DNA of 36,025 nt from Octopus sinensis (GCF_006345805.1 NW_021826231.1:1-36025), one strand, 5' to 3'. Shown: positions 1 through 13,490, counted from the first letter of the stretch. Notes: a model not told the origin generated them from the letters alone. Program-made: numbers and translations.

Positions 1-30
1 GATAATAATAATAATAACGATAATAATAAT

Positions 31-3000
31 AAGGGACTGAAAGAACACCGGGGGACTTTTAAGATGTAAGAAGGAAAATTCAGAGCTCCGAAACCTATCC
101 ACAAACATCGAAAACAAGGACATCCTATGGAGCCAAAGTTTTACTAACAAAGAATTGGACTGTACCCGAGTAAGTAATACAAATTGAAATTTATTACTAT
201 TTTCGAAACGAAATGATGTATTTTGACTCGATATCATCTCCACCTCTAACGCAACACATGTAAACATGCATGAAACATCACGCTCATCTCCGACCCCAAA
301 CACCATGTACAAAGGAACTACGAAGAAATTAAATGCCACCGATACTATTCAACCCAAGAATAACAATCGAGCGGTACGTACATTAAACCTACAACAAAAA
401 ATGTACGAAAAACTACACGTGCGAAATAATGTGACAACAGAAATAAACGGACCGGTACCCTACGAAAATGACGACCGTCAAAATAATGGGCCGGACGTTG
501 TACCTCAAAGACGTAAATGGACACGTGAGGAATACATTTCTATCTTACACGCATACTTCACAGCAGTACTCTACCCAAAAAATGAAAATACAACAACACA
601 TACATATAAAATATGGAAGGAAAATAATAGAGATATAGACTGGATACAGCAATGAACCCTAATAAATTAGCTAACGTACGAAGATACATTCTCAAAGCCA
701 AGAAAATATCAGAAATAGAAATAGAACATTTAAAAGAAAAAATACACCAGGAAAATGTAGATAGAAGCCACACAACAATGCCCAATAATATAAACACTGA
801 AACTGTAAAACACGAAGACAAACGCAACATTCCCAACAAACACGATGTAAACAACGAAGGGGAGCCTAATGATTATGATAATATAAAAAATAAAATAATC
901 AAAGAACTGAAAACCACAGAGCTCAAAATGGACCACCGACCATACCTCCCAAGAATCAAAATAAACGAAATAACAACACCTATTATAAACAGCATAAACC
1001 TAGCCGTCACTGAACTGATAGCCACTGAATCAAAAAAAAGTGATATCACTGAGCTAAATAACCTAATATACGCAGCAGCCACTGCAGCCACAAAAGAAGC
1101 TGGATACTCACCCAAACCCGCCCAGACAGGAGTACCACCATCCAAACAAACCCTGTGGATAAATAACATCCAAGCAAAATAAAAAAAAATAGAAAAGACC
1201 TGTCGATTCTTAATGAAATCAGCAAAGAATCAACGCTACTGAGCAACAAAAAGAGAACAAAATACTCCGCAAATATAACATCACAGAAAAAGATTTGCCT
1301 GAAATAAAAGAAAAGCTGAAGCAAGATATCCTTGCCAAAGCACAAAGGATCCGCCGGTACAAGAAACGCCAACGCTTCTTTGAAGAAAACAAAAAGTTCA
1401 ACTCCAACCCCAAAAAGTTCTACAAGAACTGGGCAAAAATAAAATAGAAGTCACTGCAGCACCAACGGCAGAAGAATTGGAAGAATTCTGGGGAGAAATA
1501 TGGTCGGCGAACGAACCACCAAGAAAAAGGAGTATCAAAATAACAAACTCGGCATCTGAACAAATTGGACCCCCATAACAACTGAAGAGGTCACCCAGGC
1601 ACTGCAAAGACTAAGCAACTGGAAGGCACCTGGCATGACAAGATCCCCAACTTCTGGTTGAAATATCTAACAGGAATGCACAAAAAGCTGGCTGAAAACT
1701 TTAACAACGTACTAGCAGAGCCAGAGACAATGCCTGAATGGCTCACGAAGGGGAAAACCATCTTAATTCCCAAATCAAATGAAACAGAAAAACCAGAAAA
1801 CTACAGACCAATAACCTGCCTCCCTACTATGTTCAAGGCATTTACTGCAGTGATATCACAAAGGCTGAACAAGCACCTGGACGAAAACAAACTGTTCCCA
1901 GAAGAGCAGAAAGGATGCTGCAAAGGCTCATATGGCTGTAAAGATCAACTAATGATTAATAAAGCCATAACTGAAGACAGCCACAGAAAGAAGAAAGGCC
2001 TCAGTATGGCCTGGATTGACTACAAAAAGGCGTTTGATAGCATCCCCCACACATGGATCCTCGAAACACTAGCCATTAACAAAGTAGCACCAACAATCAT
2101 AAAATTCATAGAGCACTCTATGAATAAATGGCAAACAGTCCTACACCTCCAAACAAAAGAGGGACTCATGAAAACCAAAGACATCCCCATTAGAAGAGGA
2201 ATATTCCAGGGAGATACGCTCTCTCCACTCCTTTTCTGCTTGGCACTGTCACCTCTATCTGATATGCTAAATAGAACTGGATGCGGATATAAATGTTACG
2301 GCAAAACGATCAGCCACCTTTTATATATGGATGACCTAAAACTATACGCTGCAAATGACAAACAGCTGGAAACACTATTAAAGACAGTTCATGGATTTAC
2401 CAAAGAAATAGATATGAAATTTGGATTAGAAAAATGCGCCAAAGTAACCATGAAAAGAGGAAAACTAGTTAAGAGTAACAACATCACACTAGATGAAGCA
2501 AATGAAATAAAAGAATTAGACCAAAGCCAAACTTACAAATACTTAGGAATCCATGAACTAGATAAGACACAACACACACAAATGAAAGAGAAAATAAAAA
2601 AAGAATATTATAGACGAGTTAGATCAATACTAAACACAGAGCTCAATGCTAAAAACAAGATAATAGGTATCAACACTTTAGCTGTCCCAGTTATAAGTTA
2701 CAGCTACATATCCTTAACTGGACACGAAATGAAATGACCAAAATAGACAGGAAAACAAGAAAAATAATGACAGGATCTAGGATGCATCACCCAAAATCTG
2801 ACATAGAAAGACTATATATACAACGTACAGAAGGTGGTAGAGGCCTTATACAGCTGGAAAACTACTATAAAATAACCACCATAGGACTGCAAAAATATCT
2901 ACTTCAGAAGGAAGGAAAACTGATCCAGATAGCGGCAAAACACGAGCAAAACAAAAAACTGTTCTCAGTATTTAAGGAAGCTGACAAATACAAACAAGAA

Positions 3001-3983
3001 ATCATACCACCTAATAAACATGAAGAAGAAGAAGAAGATGAAGAAACAACAAAAGCTATAAAAAAATGAAATCCAAACTAAAAATAGAACAGCAACGAAC
3101 CATGATAAAACGATGGCAAGAAAAGCCCCTTCATGGTAAATACTGGACTAAACTAAACGCAAAAGAAATAGACAAAGAAAAATCCCAGCAATGGTTGAGA
3201 AGCTCAGGACTCAAAGCAGAAACAGAGGGATTTTTAATTGCAGCACAAGACCAAAGCCTCCCCACCAGAAATTACCAAGACATGTAATGAAAAGAAATAT
3301 TACAAGTAACTGCAGAATATGTGGAGATGGACAAGAAACAATAAATCATATTATCTCTAGCTGCCCAGTCCTGGCTAAGAAGGAATATTTCACAGACATG
3401 ACAGAGTTGGAACTTACATACATTGGAAGCTATGCCAACATTATGGAATAACAACAGAAAAAAGATGGTATAGGCACACACCAGAAAAGGTCACAGAAAA
3501 CGAGAAAGCAACCATACTCTGGGATATGCCGATACACACAGATAGAGAAATTAAGGCCAACAGACCAGATATAGTTGTCAGAGACCATGAAGAAAAAAAA
3601 TGCTTTCTAATTGATGTATCAAGTACCGGCAGATGACAACGTGTCTCTAAAAGAAATGGAGAAACTCTCAAAATACAAAGACCTGGAAATAGAGGTAACT
3701 AGAATGTGGAATCTGAAAACAGAAACAATTCCTATCATAGTAGGTGCATTAGGCATGATAAAAAAATATTCAGACAAATACATAACAAAAACACCAGGAC
3801 TTACAAACACATATAACATACAGAAAATTGCACTACTAGGCACTGCACACATCCTACGCAGAACACTTTCCATACAATAACCATCAGAGCATCACAACAA
3901 ATCACAGCACATACCCAAGGCACACAGAGCTGCGCTCGGTAGTGAAGTGAAAGCACGCTATAAAAATAAAAATAAAACTACTG
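31..3983 (+). mobile_element. R4/Dong-clade RLE non-LTR retrotransposon, near full length, frameshifted (copy 1)
   Basis: ORF pieces 266-655, 652-1182, 1658-2737, 2734-3069, 3066-3287 and 3611-3880 join into one polyprotein. Motifs in order: Myb-like RRKWTREEY, RT (YRPITCL, WIDYKKAFDS, GIFQGDTLSPLLF, YMDD at 2324-2335), CRICx8HIISSC knuckle (from 3311), and RPDIVV...D...EKLSKYKDL restriction-like endonuclease. (TAA)n flanks both ends. Confidence 0.92.
266..3880 (+). pseudogene. Disrupted Myb-RT-CCHC-RLE polyprotein of R4/Dong copy 1
   Basis: Domains are in the canonical order but broken by several frameshifts, for example at about 652, 1183, 2734, 3066 and 3611. Confidence 0.88.
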
Positions 3984-3990
3984 AATAATA

Positions 3991-4032
<42 letters not shown>

Positions 4033-4193
4033 TATATAATAATAATAATAGTAATAATAATAATAATGATAATAATAATAATAATAATAATAAGATAATA
4101 AAATAATAATAATAAATTATATAATAATAATAATAAAATAATAAATATTAATAGTAATAATAATAATAAAATAATAATAATAAATTAATAATT

Positions 4194-4239
<46 letters not shown>
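3984..4239. repeat. (TAA)n microsatellite between the two R4 elements
   Basis: Imperfect (TAA)n seen directly. Shorter arrays lie at 1-30 and 6766-6932. Confidence 0.97.
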
Positions 4240-6765
4240 GGTGTCAAGGTAGAAGATATAAGATCTGCTCTCAGGAGGTCAAGCAAATGGAAGTCTCCAG
4301 GAAAGGATAAAATTCCTAACTTCTGGCTGAATGCCTTCCCAGAGAGCCATGAACTGCTAACAGAACTGTACAATGATGTTTTGCAACACCCTAGTAGGAT
4401 GCCTTCTTGGCTAGTTAATGGGTTAACATTCCTGCTTCCAAAAAGTAAGAAAAAAAAAAAATGAACCAAAAAACCCATAACCTGCTTAACAACTATGTAC
4501 AAAACACTAACATCTGTCCTGACGGAATATACCTATAGTTTTTTAACAGACAGCAGCATATTCCCTAATGAACAGAAAGGATGTAAACGTGGATCCTACG
4601 GCTGTAAAGACCAACTACTCATCAATAAGATGATCTTAGAAGATTGTCACAACGACACAAAAACTTATCAATAGCCTGGATAGACTATAAAAGGCTTTTG
4701 ATAGCCTACTACATAGCTGGATTAGGAAATGCCTTGAAATGTATAAGATAGCACCAACTCTGCGAAACTTCTTGACTGTAAGTATGAGATCATGGAGAAC
4801 CACACTAACTCTGAACAGTGACAATGAATCCCTAAATGCTGGTGATGTAAAAATTTCGTGTGGCATTTTCTAGGGTGACTCACTATCACCACTCCTCTTC
4901 TGTTTATCCTTAATACCTCTCTCAAAGCTGCTCAATGACGCGCAGTACGGGTATAAAATGTTTGATAAAAATATAAATCATCTCGTTTACATGGATGATT
5001 TAAAGCTTTTTGCAAAAAATGATCAACAACTCAAGGGCTTACTAGCGATAGTCAAACAATTCAGTGACGACATCAGAATGCAATTCGGCCTCGATAAATG
5101 TGCAAAGGCTACCTTTATCAAAGGAAAAATGACAGAAACATCTAACGTTAACCTTGACCAACAGAATGTCATAAAAGAACTAGACCCAGTGGAGAGCTAC
5201 AAGTACCTAGGGGTAATTGAAGGGAACGGAATAAGGCATTCAGAGATGAAGGAAAGGATCAGGAGAGAATGCTATCGAAGAGTGAGAGCAATACTCAAGA
5301 CAGAGCTGAATGCAAGAAACAGGATCGAAGCGATCAATGCATTAGCTATACCAGTCGTGACTTACAGTTTCAATATTGTTAACTGGTCAATTACTGAAAT
5401 ATGTCAGCTCGACAGAAAAATAAGGAAACTGTTGACAATGCATAGAATGCACCACACTAAGGCAGATACAGAACGACTCTATCTGCCAAGAAAAGAGGGG
5501 GCCATGGTCTTTTGCAACTGGCAATAACAATGAAGATTGCTACAATTGGCCTAGACACCTACCTGAAAAACTCTGAGGACTGGATGCTAAAACTTGTCTC
5601 AAAACATGAAAACAAGAAAGCATCATATTCAGTCACAAAACAGGCAAAGGAATATCTAAGTGAATTCCGAATACAAACAATTTCGGAATTAGAGATAGAT
5701 ATACAAGAAACAAGCACAGAAAAAGCTAGGCGCATGAAAACCCGTGCCAAAACTGCGGCCTTAGATATTCTGAATTATAAATGGCAAGAAAAACCTCTCT
5801 ATGGCAAATACCCAAAGAGAGCGAATAATGCAGATATCGACAAAGCCCTGACCCATCAATGGCTAATGGCCTCTGGCTTAAAATCTGAAACAGAGGGGTT
5901 TATCATAGCAGCTCAAGATCAATGCCTACCAACAAGAAGCTACCAGGCCAACATATTAAAGATCAGAAGCAGTCCAACGTGTCGTGTATGCAAGCAACAA
6001 AATGAAACCATTGACCATGTGGTCTCCAAGTGCAGTCTTCTAGCACCTACAGAGTATCTCAAAAGGCACGATAGAGCTGCACAATATATTCACTGGGTAA
6101 TCTGTAAAAAGCTGGATTTGCCCCATGAAAAAAACTGGTGGAACACAAACACCCCCAGTGCTTGAAAATGACCACATCTCACTCCTCTGGAACTTCACCA
6201 TTCAAACTGACAGGAAGATAGATGCAAATAGGCCAGACATCATATTGAAAGACTCTCAAACAAAGAACATGCCTCCTCATTGATATGACTGTCCCAATCG
6301 ATATAAACGTATCTGTCAAGACCTACCAAAAACTGAGCAAATATAAAGATCTTGAAATAGAAATCAGCAAAATGTGGAAGCTGAAGACTAAAACAATACC
6401 TGTTGTCATAGGTGCCCTGGGAATGATAGCGAAAGGGGCTGACTGCTACCTAACTCAGATACCAGGAAACCACAAAATGGCAGAAATTCAAAAGATAGTG
6501 CTCATGGGAACTGCTCATATCCTACGCAAAATACTCTCTATGTAATCTCAAGGTTTAAAACAAACATAATTTTCGGTTTTAAAAAAAGAAAAACAAACTT
6601 TTTTTTTTTTTTTTTAGACATTCATTAGTACAACATCCCCACCCCACAAATATATGGCACACTAGGCATAACAACAACATGAACTTCCAACCCTGTTGTC
6701 TCTTGAGGTCTCTGGGTGAGACTTGGAGCCAACTTGTACAAATATAAAGCAAAAGTCAAACATAG
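4240..6765 (+). mobile_element. 5'-truncated R4/Dong-clade RLE retrotransposon of a different subfamily (copy 2)
   Basis: Starts inside the RT region. Shows GCKRGSYGCKDQLLINK, YMDD at 4988-4999, CRVCKQQNETIDHVVSKC and EKL/QKLSKYKDLEIE. Stop at 6545 and a distinct 3' UTR ending in (TAA)n. Has stops and frameshifts. Confidence 0.9.
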
Positions 6766-6881
6766 AATAATAATAATAATAATGATAATATAATAATAAT
6801 AATAATAATAATATAATAATAATAATAATGATGATAATAATAATAATAATAATAATATAATAATATATAATAATAATAATG

Positions 6882-6926
<45 letters not shown>

Positions 6927-6932
6927 TAATAA
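6766..6932. repeat. (TAA)n microsatellite
   Basis: Seen directly. Confidence 0.97.
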
Positions 6933-6977
6933 CTTCTACTGAAGGCAGAAGGCCTGAAATTTGGGGAAGGATGATTA

Positions 6978-7362
6978 GTCAATTACAATGACCCCAGTGT
7001 TTCACTGATAGTTAATTTATTGACCCTGAAAGGATGAAAGTCAAAGTCTACCTTTGTGGAATTTGAACTCAGAACATAAAGGTGAATAAAATGCTGCTAA
7101 GCATTTTGACCAATGTGCTAATGTTTCTGCCAACTTGCCGCCATAATGATAATGATGATGATGATGATGATGAAGATAAAAACAATTTTGGTAAAGTGGA
7201 ATATAGAGTCCATTAATCAACCCCAGTATTCAACTGGTACTTATTTTACTGACCCTAACAGGATGAAAGGCAAAGTCAGCTTCATGGTAATCAGAATTTG
7301 GAATGTAAAGTCAGAAGAAATGCTACTAAGCGTTTTGCCTGATGTGCTCACATTTCCATCAC
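6978..7362 (-). mobile_element. Two degraded copies of tRNA-derived SINE family B (about 6978-7141 and 7208-7362)
   Basis: The reverse complement matches the element at 18113-18340 (…ggcagaaacattagca…ttctgagttcaaattcc…ctttcatcctttcagggtcaataaatt…). Confidence 0.65.
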
Positions 7363-7904
7363 CTTAACAACAATAACAACAACAATACTAATAATAAAAT
7401 GTGCTGTTTAGCCCTTGGTCAACCCTGACTGCGCAGGCCTCAGATCAAAAGCATTCTAGCTGTGACCATCCTGTCTTTTTCCTATTTGCAATGACCATAT
7501 AACCATGTGAGTTCACATGTCCTTGTTTTAAGATACGAGGCAGATGTGGCTGCTACATCTAACAGACATAACCACCACATACACGATCTCTCATTGGTTC
7601 ATTATTAGCTTGTGCAAATAAATAGACAGGAACAGTTTGACAGGACCCTGCTTAGATTTTCAGTAGACGCATCAGATAGCATTTTTATCTGATGTACTTA
7701 CTACTACCACAGATAACTGTGGTTGTTCAATAGGATTGAGTATTGGGTATATCTATTGATGAGGGGGTCTATTCATATCCATTCCCTGTCTTCAGTCATC
7801 ATATGTTGTCAGAATCATAAGGACGCCTTCCTTACACTCATATTTGGGTATTTTAAACATGATGTAGCTAACCCCTCTCTCTGTCAAACCACAGTGGAAT
7901 CTTT

Positions 7905-7967
7905 CAAGGAAAGAGAGAAAGAGAGAGAAAAAGAAAGAGAGAGAAAGAGAGAGAAAAAGAAAGAGAG

Positions 7968-8013
<46 letters not shown>

Positions 8014-8016
8014 AGA
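7905..8016. repeat. (GA)n/(GAAA)n purine microsatellite
   Basis: Seen directly. It explains ORFs 7723-8064 and 7792-8022. Confidence 0.95.
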
Positions 8017-9173
8017 GTGCAAAATATAATGATGTATTCCTTTCAGGACCTGACGTTGTATTGAAAGAATGAAAAAGCAAAGTTGACGTTGATGCGATTT
8101 GAACTCAGGGCACAGAATGCCAGAATGACTACTTCAATACATTCTAAGCAATCCGATAACAATCCTGTCGAATCCCCAAGTAACAACTGGCAGGTATTTA
8201 ATGCATGGAAGATGCTTGGATGGAGTTGAAAGGCAAGGGGAGGTAATCCCTGTTTCTCTTTACCAGTGAGTGTTGCTAATTAAACCATCACCCATGTTGC
8301 TAATTGCACTTTAATTAGCAGATCGTTCGCAGTCATTATCTCCTGTGTTAACATTTCCTTTATTTACATTTGACAGCAGTTCATTATAAAAAAATCTATT
8401 TGAAATGTCTCATCTTGTCAATCGGTTTCTACTATTTGGTTATTAATAACCAAATTTTGAATATGTTTTCATAATGATGCCTTTAATGGACTTATGTCTG
8501 CAAGTTTATTTGAAGTATGATAATTTTTTTTTGGTTTTATTCCAGTTTGTGAATTTGTTTCATATTAAAATTTTGTATGAAGTCACTACGTTTTACCCTC
8601 TTAATACATTTTGTTTGATTTTTAAATTTTAAAATTTAAAGCAAGATAAAAAGAAAAGAAAAACAGTTTTCATTAGGAGCAGTGTTATATATTTTTTAAT
8701 ATAAAAATGAGAAATTTAAAAGCAAATATTTGAACAGCATTGTTAATTCCTTATTTGAACAACATTGTGTAATTCCTTCTGTCACATATAATTCTTCAGA
8801 AAAGAACAAGCATTATCAATGTATTCTGTTTTTAATTTAATTATTTCTTCTCAATTCAATTTAGCTGTTTTCAAATTATTTCAGAGATTGCACTTGTGTA
8901 GATAATGCAACACTTAAGGGACATTGATAATTGAACAAGAATAGTTTACATATTTTCAGTTAATAATCTCATTACTTAATTTCAATAGGAATAATCCTTT
9001 ACAAGAGTCTTCCCCATGACCACCACCTCTCCTCCCGCTCATCCTTCCACACCTTCTCTTCAGGCTAAAAAATTATTCTCAATTTTCAGTTTTCAGGAAG
9101 CAAACGAATGTATCTGCCAATAATTTCCCAGACATATTTTTGATATTGTTGAGCAAACAGACACTGACTAAAA

Positions 9174-9210
<37 letters not shown>

Positions 9211-9334
9211 GTAACATATTGAATTCTTCAGGCTGGAATTACCTATAAAAGATATTTATATTGGAGTATTAGAGTGGATGGGATGGGGGGAAGGAAGAAT
9301 ATTTTTAAATCCTTCATTTACTGATGAAGTAATT

Positions 9335-9853
9335 TTAATTCCACAAGACCCGGCAGGACAAGTGAGACCATAACCCGTGGCCTCTACACGGGATGTAGCC
9401 AGTCCACTTATGCATACCGCTCCTTCTAGGGACACAAAACTCTACTTGTGAAGACCTGTTGAGGCAAGTGAGAATCGTAATACTAGTGCCGGTGGCACGT
9501 AAGAGAACCATCCGAACATGGTTGTTGCCAGCGCCGCCCCGACTGGCCTTGTGCCGGTGGCACATAAAAAGCACCATCCGTTCGTGGCCATTTGCCAGAC
9601 TCGCCTGTCCCCCATGCCGGTGGCACGTAAAAAGCACCATCGAATCGTGGCCGTTTGCCAGACGGGTCTGGCACTTGTGCCGGTGGCACGTAAAAAGCAC
9701 CCACTACACTCAAGGAGTGGTTGGCGTTAGGAAGGGCATCCAGCCGTAGAAACATTGCCAGATCAGACTGGGCCTGCTGGCTTCCCAGACCCCAGTTGAA
9801 CCGTCCAACCCATGACAGCATGGAAAGCGGACGCTAAACGATGATGATGATTA
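9335..9853 (+). mobile_element. 3' end of an RTE-type LINE (last codons plus 3' UTR) or its derived SINE
   Basis: aagacccggcaggacaagtga resembles the ORF end at about 16540. Internal GTGCCGGTGGCAC repeats and the tail gctaaacgatgatgatga are shared with 16287-17050. Confidence 0.75.
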
Positions 9854-9989
9854 TGAATTTTATGAGTTCAAATAAACAAAAGACACTGGAACGCCATCCT
9901 TCTCCACCGCCATTAATACAAAGATAATGAAGAACATAATCCAACCAACATCTATTTCACAAAGACACAAATATTAAAGTAAACAATAT

Positions 9990-11373
9990 TCTAGAAAAAA
10001 ACTTTCTTTTTGTTTTTTTTTTTTTGGTTTTTCAAAGAATTTCATTCTCGTTGCTTTCTTTGAAATGTACAGTCCAGTTTTCCTTATTCTTGTTCCAAAC
10101 AATTCTGTCAATTTCTCGACTCTCTCTCTCTCCAACAGTACTGCTCTTTCCTCGCTACCAAACACCTCTTCATCCAGTCTTACTCTTATTAAATTCTTCA
10201 CCTTTGCAATCTTTTCCTCAATTCACACAATCTTATCGCAAATTATCATCATTCAGTCGGCTGCTTTCTTTGCCTCACATATTCCATTCTCCTCCTTACT
10301 TCCCCTTTCCACTCCCATCATTTCTCCTCTTTGTCTATTTCTTCTCTCCTTCTTGTTGTTGGCTCTGGGGTTCGATTTTCACTCGTCTCTTTTCTCTACT
10401 AATTTTTTCTCTTGTACTTTTACCGCTTTTTTCTTCTTTTTCAGTTTTGGGCGTGACTCCGCATTGTTTTTCTTTTTCTGCCCCCTATTTCCTCCTCCTT
10501 TTCCTCCACCACTATTACTTCCTCCACCTCTGCTTAGTTCTCCGTTCTTTCCTCGTCTCTGGGGACACCTTGCCTTCATGTGTCCTCTTGTACCGCAATT
10601 ATAACATATTGGAGGCTTCCCCTCCACCACAATTCTCAACCGGGTGTCATCAGGGAGCACCAACTCCTCTGCTATCTTGTGCAAGTCAGGCAGGGTTATA
10701 TGGACCAAGATTTCCAGTCTAAATCCCCATCAGTTTATCTCAGCCAATTTTGCCACCTTGATAATCTTGGTCTCCTCCTCACAGTTGTACAGGATAGCTT
10801 CCAACAGCCATTCCTCCTCTATTTTGGGTGGCACTCTCCCTATCTGTACTCTTGCCACTCTTTTACCACATTAGGTTGGCAAAAGTGCCCACCTGGCTGA
10901 TCTCAACAGCATCGTGGAGTACTTTTTCGTTTCCTCCTCGTTCACGAAGTGAACCTCCACCGTGCCGTACTTCCTTCCCGAGAGTATAAAACGTCGTTAC
11001 TCCCTTCACTTCGCTCAGGCATTCATCTGCTACTTCCACTCTTTTTGTTTCTACATCCAGCATTCTGTATATTATTATTTTCCTCTCTGCTCTTTCCATC
11101 GCTTCTCCCGGGGGTATCAGCCTAAGGCAGTCTCCCTCTTTTTTAAATAATCCTTGTACTTTCCGAAATCCTTCTGCTTCAATACCAATTCTTTCAATCG
11201 CAGAATGTCAGCTGGCAGGCTTTTGCCCGCCACCGTGGCGTAACTGCCTATTCGTTGTTCCTCTATTTCACCCAAAAATGGGGAAGAAAAAGAAACAACA
11301 TTAACAACAATTAACAAATCTCAAATATATAACTGTATCAAAGTACAACAATGCACAACTCGCATCGACAATG
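9990..11373 (-). mobile_element. Tx1/L1-type LINE 5' portion: 5' UTR plus degenerate gag-like ORF1, no ORF2
   Basis: Minus frames give RKYGTVEVHF…ARVQIGRVPPKIEEEWL…LRIVVEGKPPICYNCGTRGHMKARC (CCHC knuckle at 10565-10606) followed by a basic low-complexity tail. Contains stops and frameshifts and ends in an A-rich tract at about 10000-10025. Confidence 0.72.
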
Positions 11374-12104
11374 CTATTCAAATTTTCTAAGACCCACAAA
11401 AGAAAAACAACATTATTTCATTACTTAAACATGCAAGTGGTTGTTGTTAATAGAAATTCAAACGGCCGGTTTCAAATTCCCTTAAGCCTATACAATTTTA
11501 TTACAACCATTTTTATTCTATACCCTTTCAAAGAGTAGATGAAAACCTATGGTTGCAGAAAGGGATCACCTCAGCAAATTTAAAGTTTTGGGCCCAAAAA
11601 CTTAAGGATGGAAGGGATTCCTTAACACACTTTACTTATTTATATTTACTCTGAAGTAAGGGTCCCTCAAAATAACAGACCATTCCAAAGAATATCTTTT
11701 CTCATTACTCTTTAAACCATGTATATAAGAGGCAAGTGTAGTAGAATTAAAGTATTTTTCATTCGAAAACAAATTCATGTGGGCCCTATGCCTACTGTAC
11801 TGCCTTTATAATTTATCTAAATTACCCTCCTCTTTAGCAACGCATGACTAATCTAAAAGTTAACCCAGCAGACTAGTTCAAATTTTCTGACACCCAGCCA
11901 CCAAAAAACGAATTATTTTATTGCTAATCATGCAGTGGTCGTTGTTAATAGAAATCCAAACCGTATAAACATACACATATACACAATATTTGTATATACA
12001 TATATATATATACACATACACACACACCTATATTTGTATATAGCCGAGCCGAGCCGAGCCCTGGCCCCCATAGCGCTCATTGGGGGGTCGAAGCCTTGGA
12101 CAGT

Positions 12105-12225
12105 GAGCCCCAACAGGTCTTTGCAAGCAGAGTTTAGTGTCCAATGAAGGAAAGGTACGCATAAGTAGGCTGGTTACACCCGCTGGCATAGGCCATGAGG
12201 TTATGGTCTCACTTGGCTTGTAACC
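12105..12225 (-). mobile_element. Fragment of the RTE-type 3' UTR
   Basis: The reverse complement (caagtgagaccataacc…cctacttatgcgtacc…gacactaaactctgcttgcaaagacctgttg) aligns with 9360-9465. Confidence 0.65.
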
Positions 12226-12777
12226 CATAAAAGCCCTCAATGACTCAACAGAGCTCAGAAACACGTCCTCCTCCGTCACGTCACCTTCAACACCATGGAC
12301 TTATCTAAACTAATACAAAACCCTGAATTAATTAGTCATGGTTCTAACAACGGAATGCTCACACCGAACCTGATCATGTCAAGACTACATCACTCACTTC
12401 TGACATATCCTTTTATTTTTTAACTGGTTCCAATCAGACTGTGGCCACACTGGAGCACTGATTTCAGAGTTTTATTTGATCTTATTCAGACTTGTACTTC
12501 TGTACTTTTCACTGGTGGTGTTGGTGATGGCAGTGGCGGAAGTTTGACCAAAACCCCTCAGATACCAAAAGATAAGTTCATTAAAAAGACAACAAATAAA
12601 AAAAAAACAGTAAAGAACAATAAAGTTGAAAACTTTCTTCTTTCTTTCGAAATGGTTTCTCATTCGATGGTTGATGCGATGAAAGGAGACTGAATGAATT
12701 TGTTAACTTTTAGTCATGGTTTGGGCCAAAGTTTATTAATTTGCATCTCTTAATGCTAATTAATTATTAGAAGCCAT

Positions 12778-13290
12778 GAGTGCAGGTGTGGTTTTGTGGT
12801 TGGGAAGTTGGCTTCCCACTCATATGATCCTGGGTTCAGTCCCACTGTGTGGCACCTTGGGCAAGTGTCTTCTACTACATCCCCAGACCAAGCACAGCCT
12901 TGGGAGTGGATTTGGTAGGCAGAAACTGAAAGAAGGTGGCGTGCTGGCAGAAACGTTAGCACGTCGGGCGAAATGCTTAGCGGTATTTCATCTGCCGCTA
13001 CGTTCTGTGTTCAAATTCCACCGTGGTCGCCGTTGCCTGAAGGCAAAACTGCACCAGGAATGGGTTTCAATTCCTATATATACCTTTTTATTTTACTTTA
13101 GTCATTTGACTGTAGCTATGCTGGGATATGGAATATGAAAGAGAGAGATAAGAAGGGTTTTAGTCGAACAATTGTTTTTAAGGTCTGGTACTTATTCTAT
13201 TGGTCTCCTTTGCACAAACCTCAAAGTTATGGGGAATGTAAACACACCAACACTGGTTGTCAACTGGCGGTAAAGAGACTTGCTTTACCA
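12778..13290. mobile_element. Cluster of SINE fragments: family A head (+, 12778-12935), family B head (+, 12940-13030), family A tail (-, 13086-13290)
   Basis: tRNA-like A/B boxes (ggttcagtccc) plus caccttgggcaagtg. Pieces match the copies at 18113 and 33868. Confidence 0.7.
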
Positions 13291-13294
13291 AAAG

Positions 13295-13490
13295 GTGAGG
13301 GGCCCTCATTCCCAGTGGTCTTTCAGCACGCCGGACACCATCCCGGAATTTCTGCGTACCCGTGCTAACATTTATTGGATGGCCGTTGACTCTCAAGAGG
13401 TCCTCCGCCCTTTGACGGGTTTTGTTTTTCATCCCGCAGGGTGTCCAATAAACACCCTCCTCACCAAGCAAGCTTGTATTGGGTTACATG
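13295..13490 (-). mobile_element. GC-rich repeat fragment, possibly a LINE 5' region
   Basis: Abrupt GC-rich insert with a short minus ORF (MKNKTRQRAEDLLRVNGHP…). Family not determined from the sequence. Confidence 0.35.

Noticed and set aside
33-100. Hammerhead- or HDV-like ribozyme at the R4 5' end (GGGA-CTGAAAGA…CTCC-GAAACCTATCC)
   Set aside because: The core has an extra base, stem II is not contiguous and stem III is neither stable nor palindromic. No HDV double pseudoknot could be built by eye.
10024-10722. Long plus-strand ORFs (232 aa and 179 aa)
   Set aside because: Antisense shadows of the purine-rich Tx1 ORF1 with low-complexity F/S/L content.
12232-12280. GAAACACGTCCTCC resembling a hammerhead 3' half
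   Set aside because: The upstream core is CTCAATGA and there is no stem I partner.
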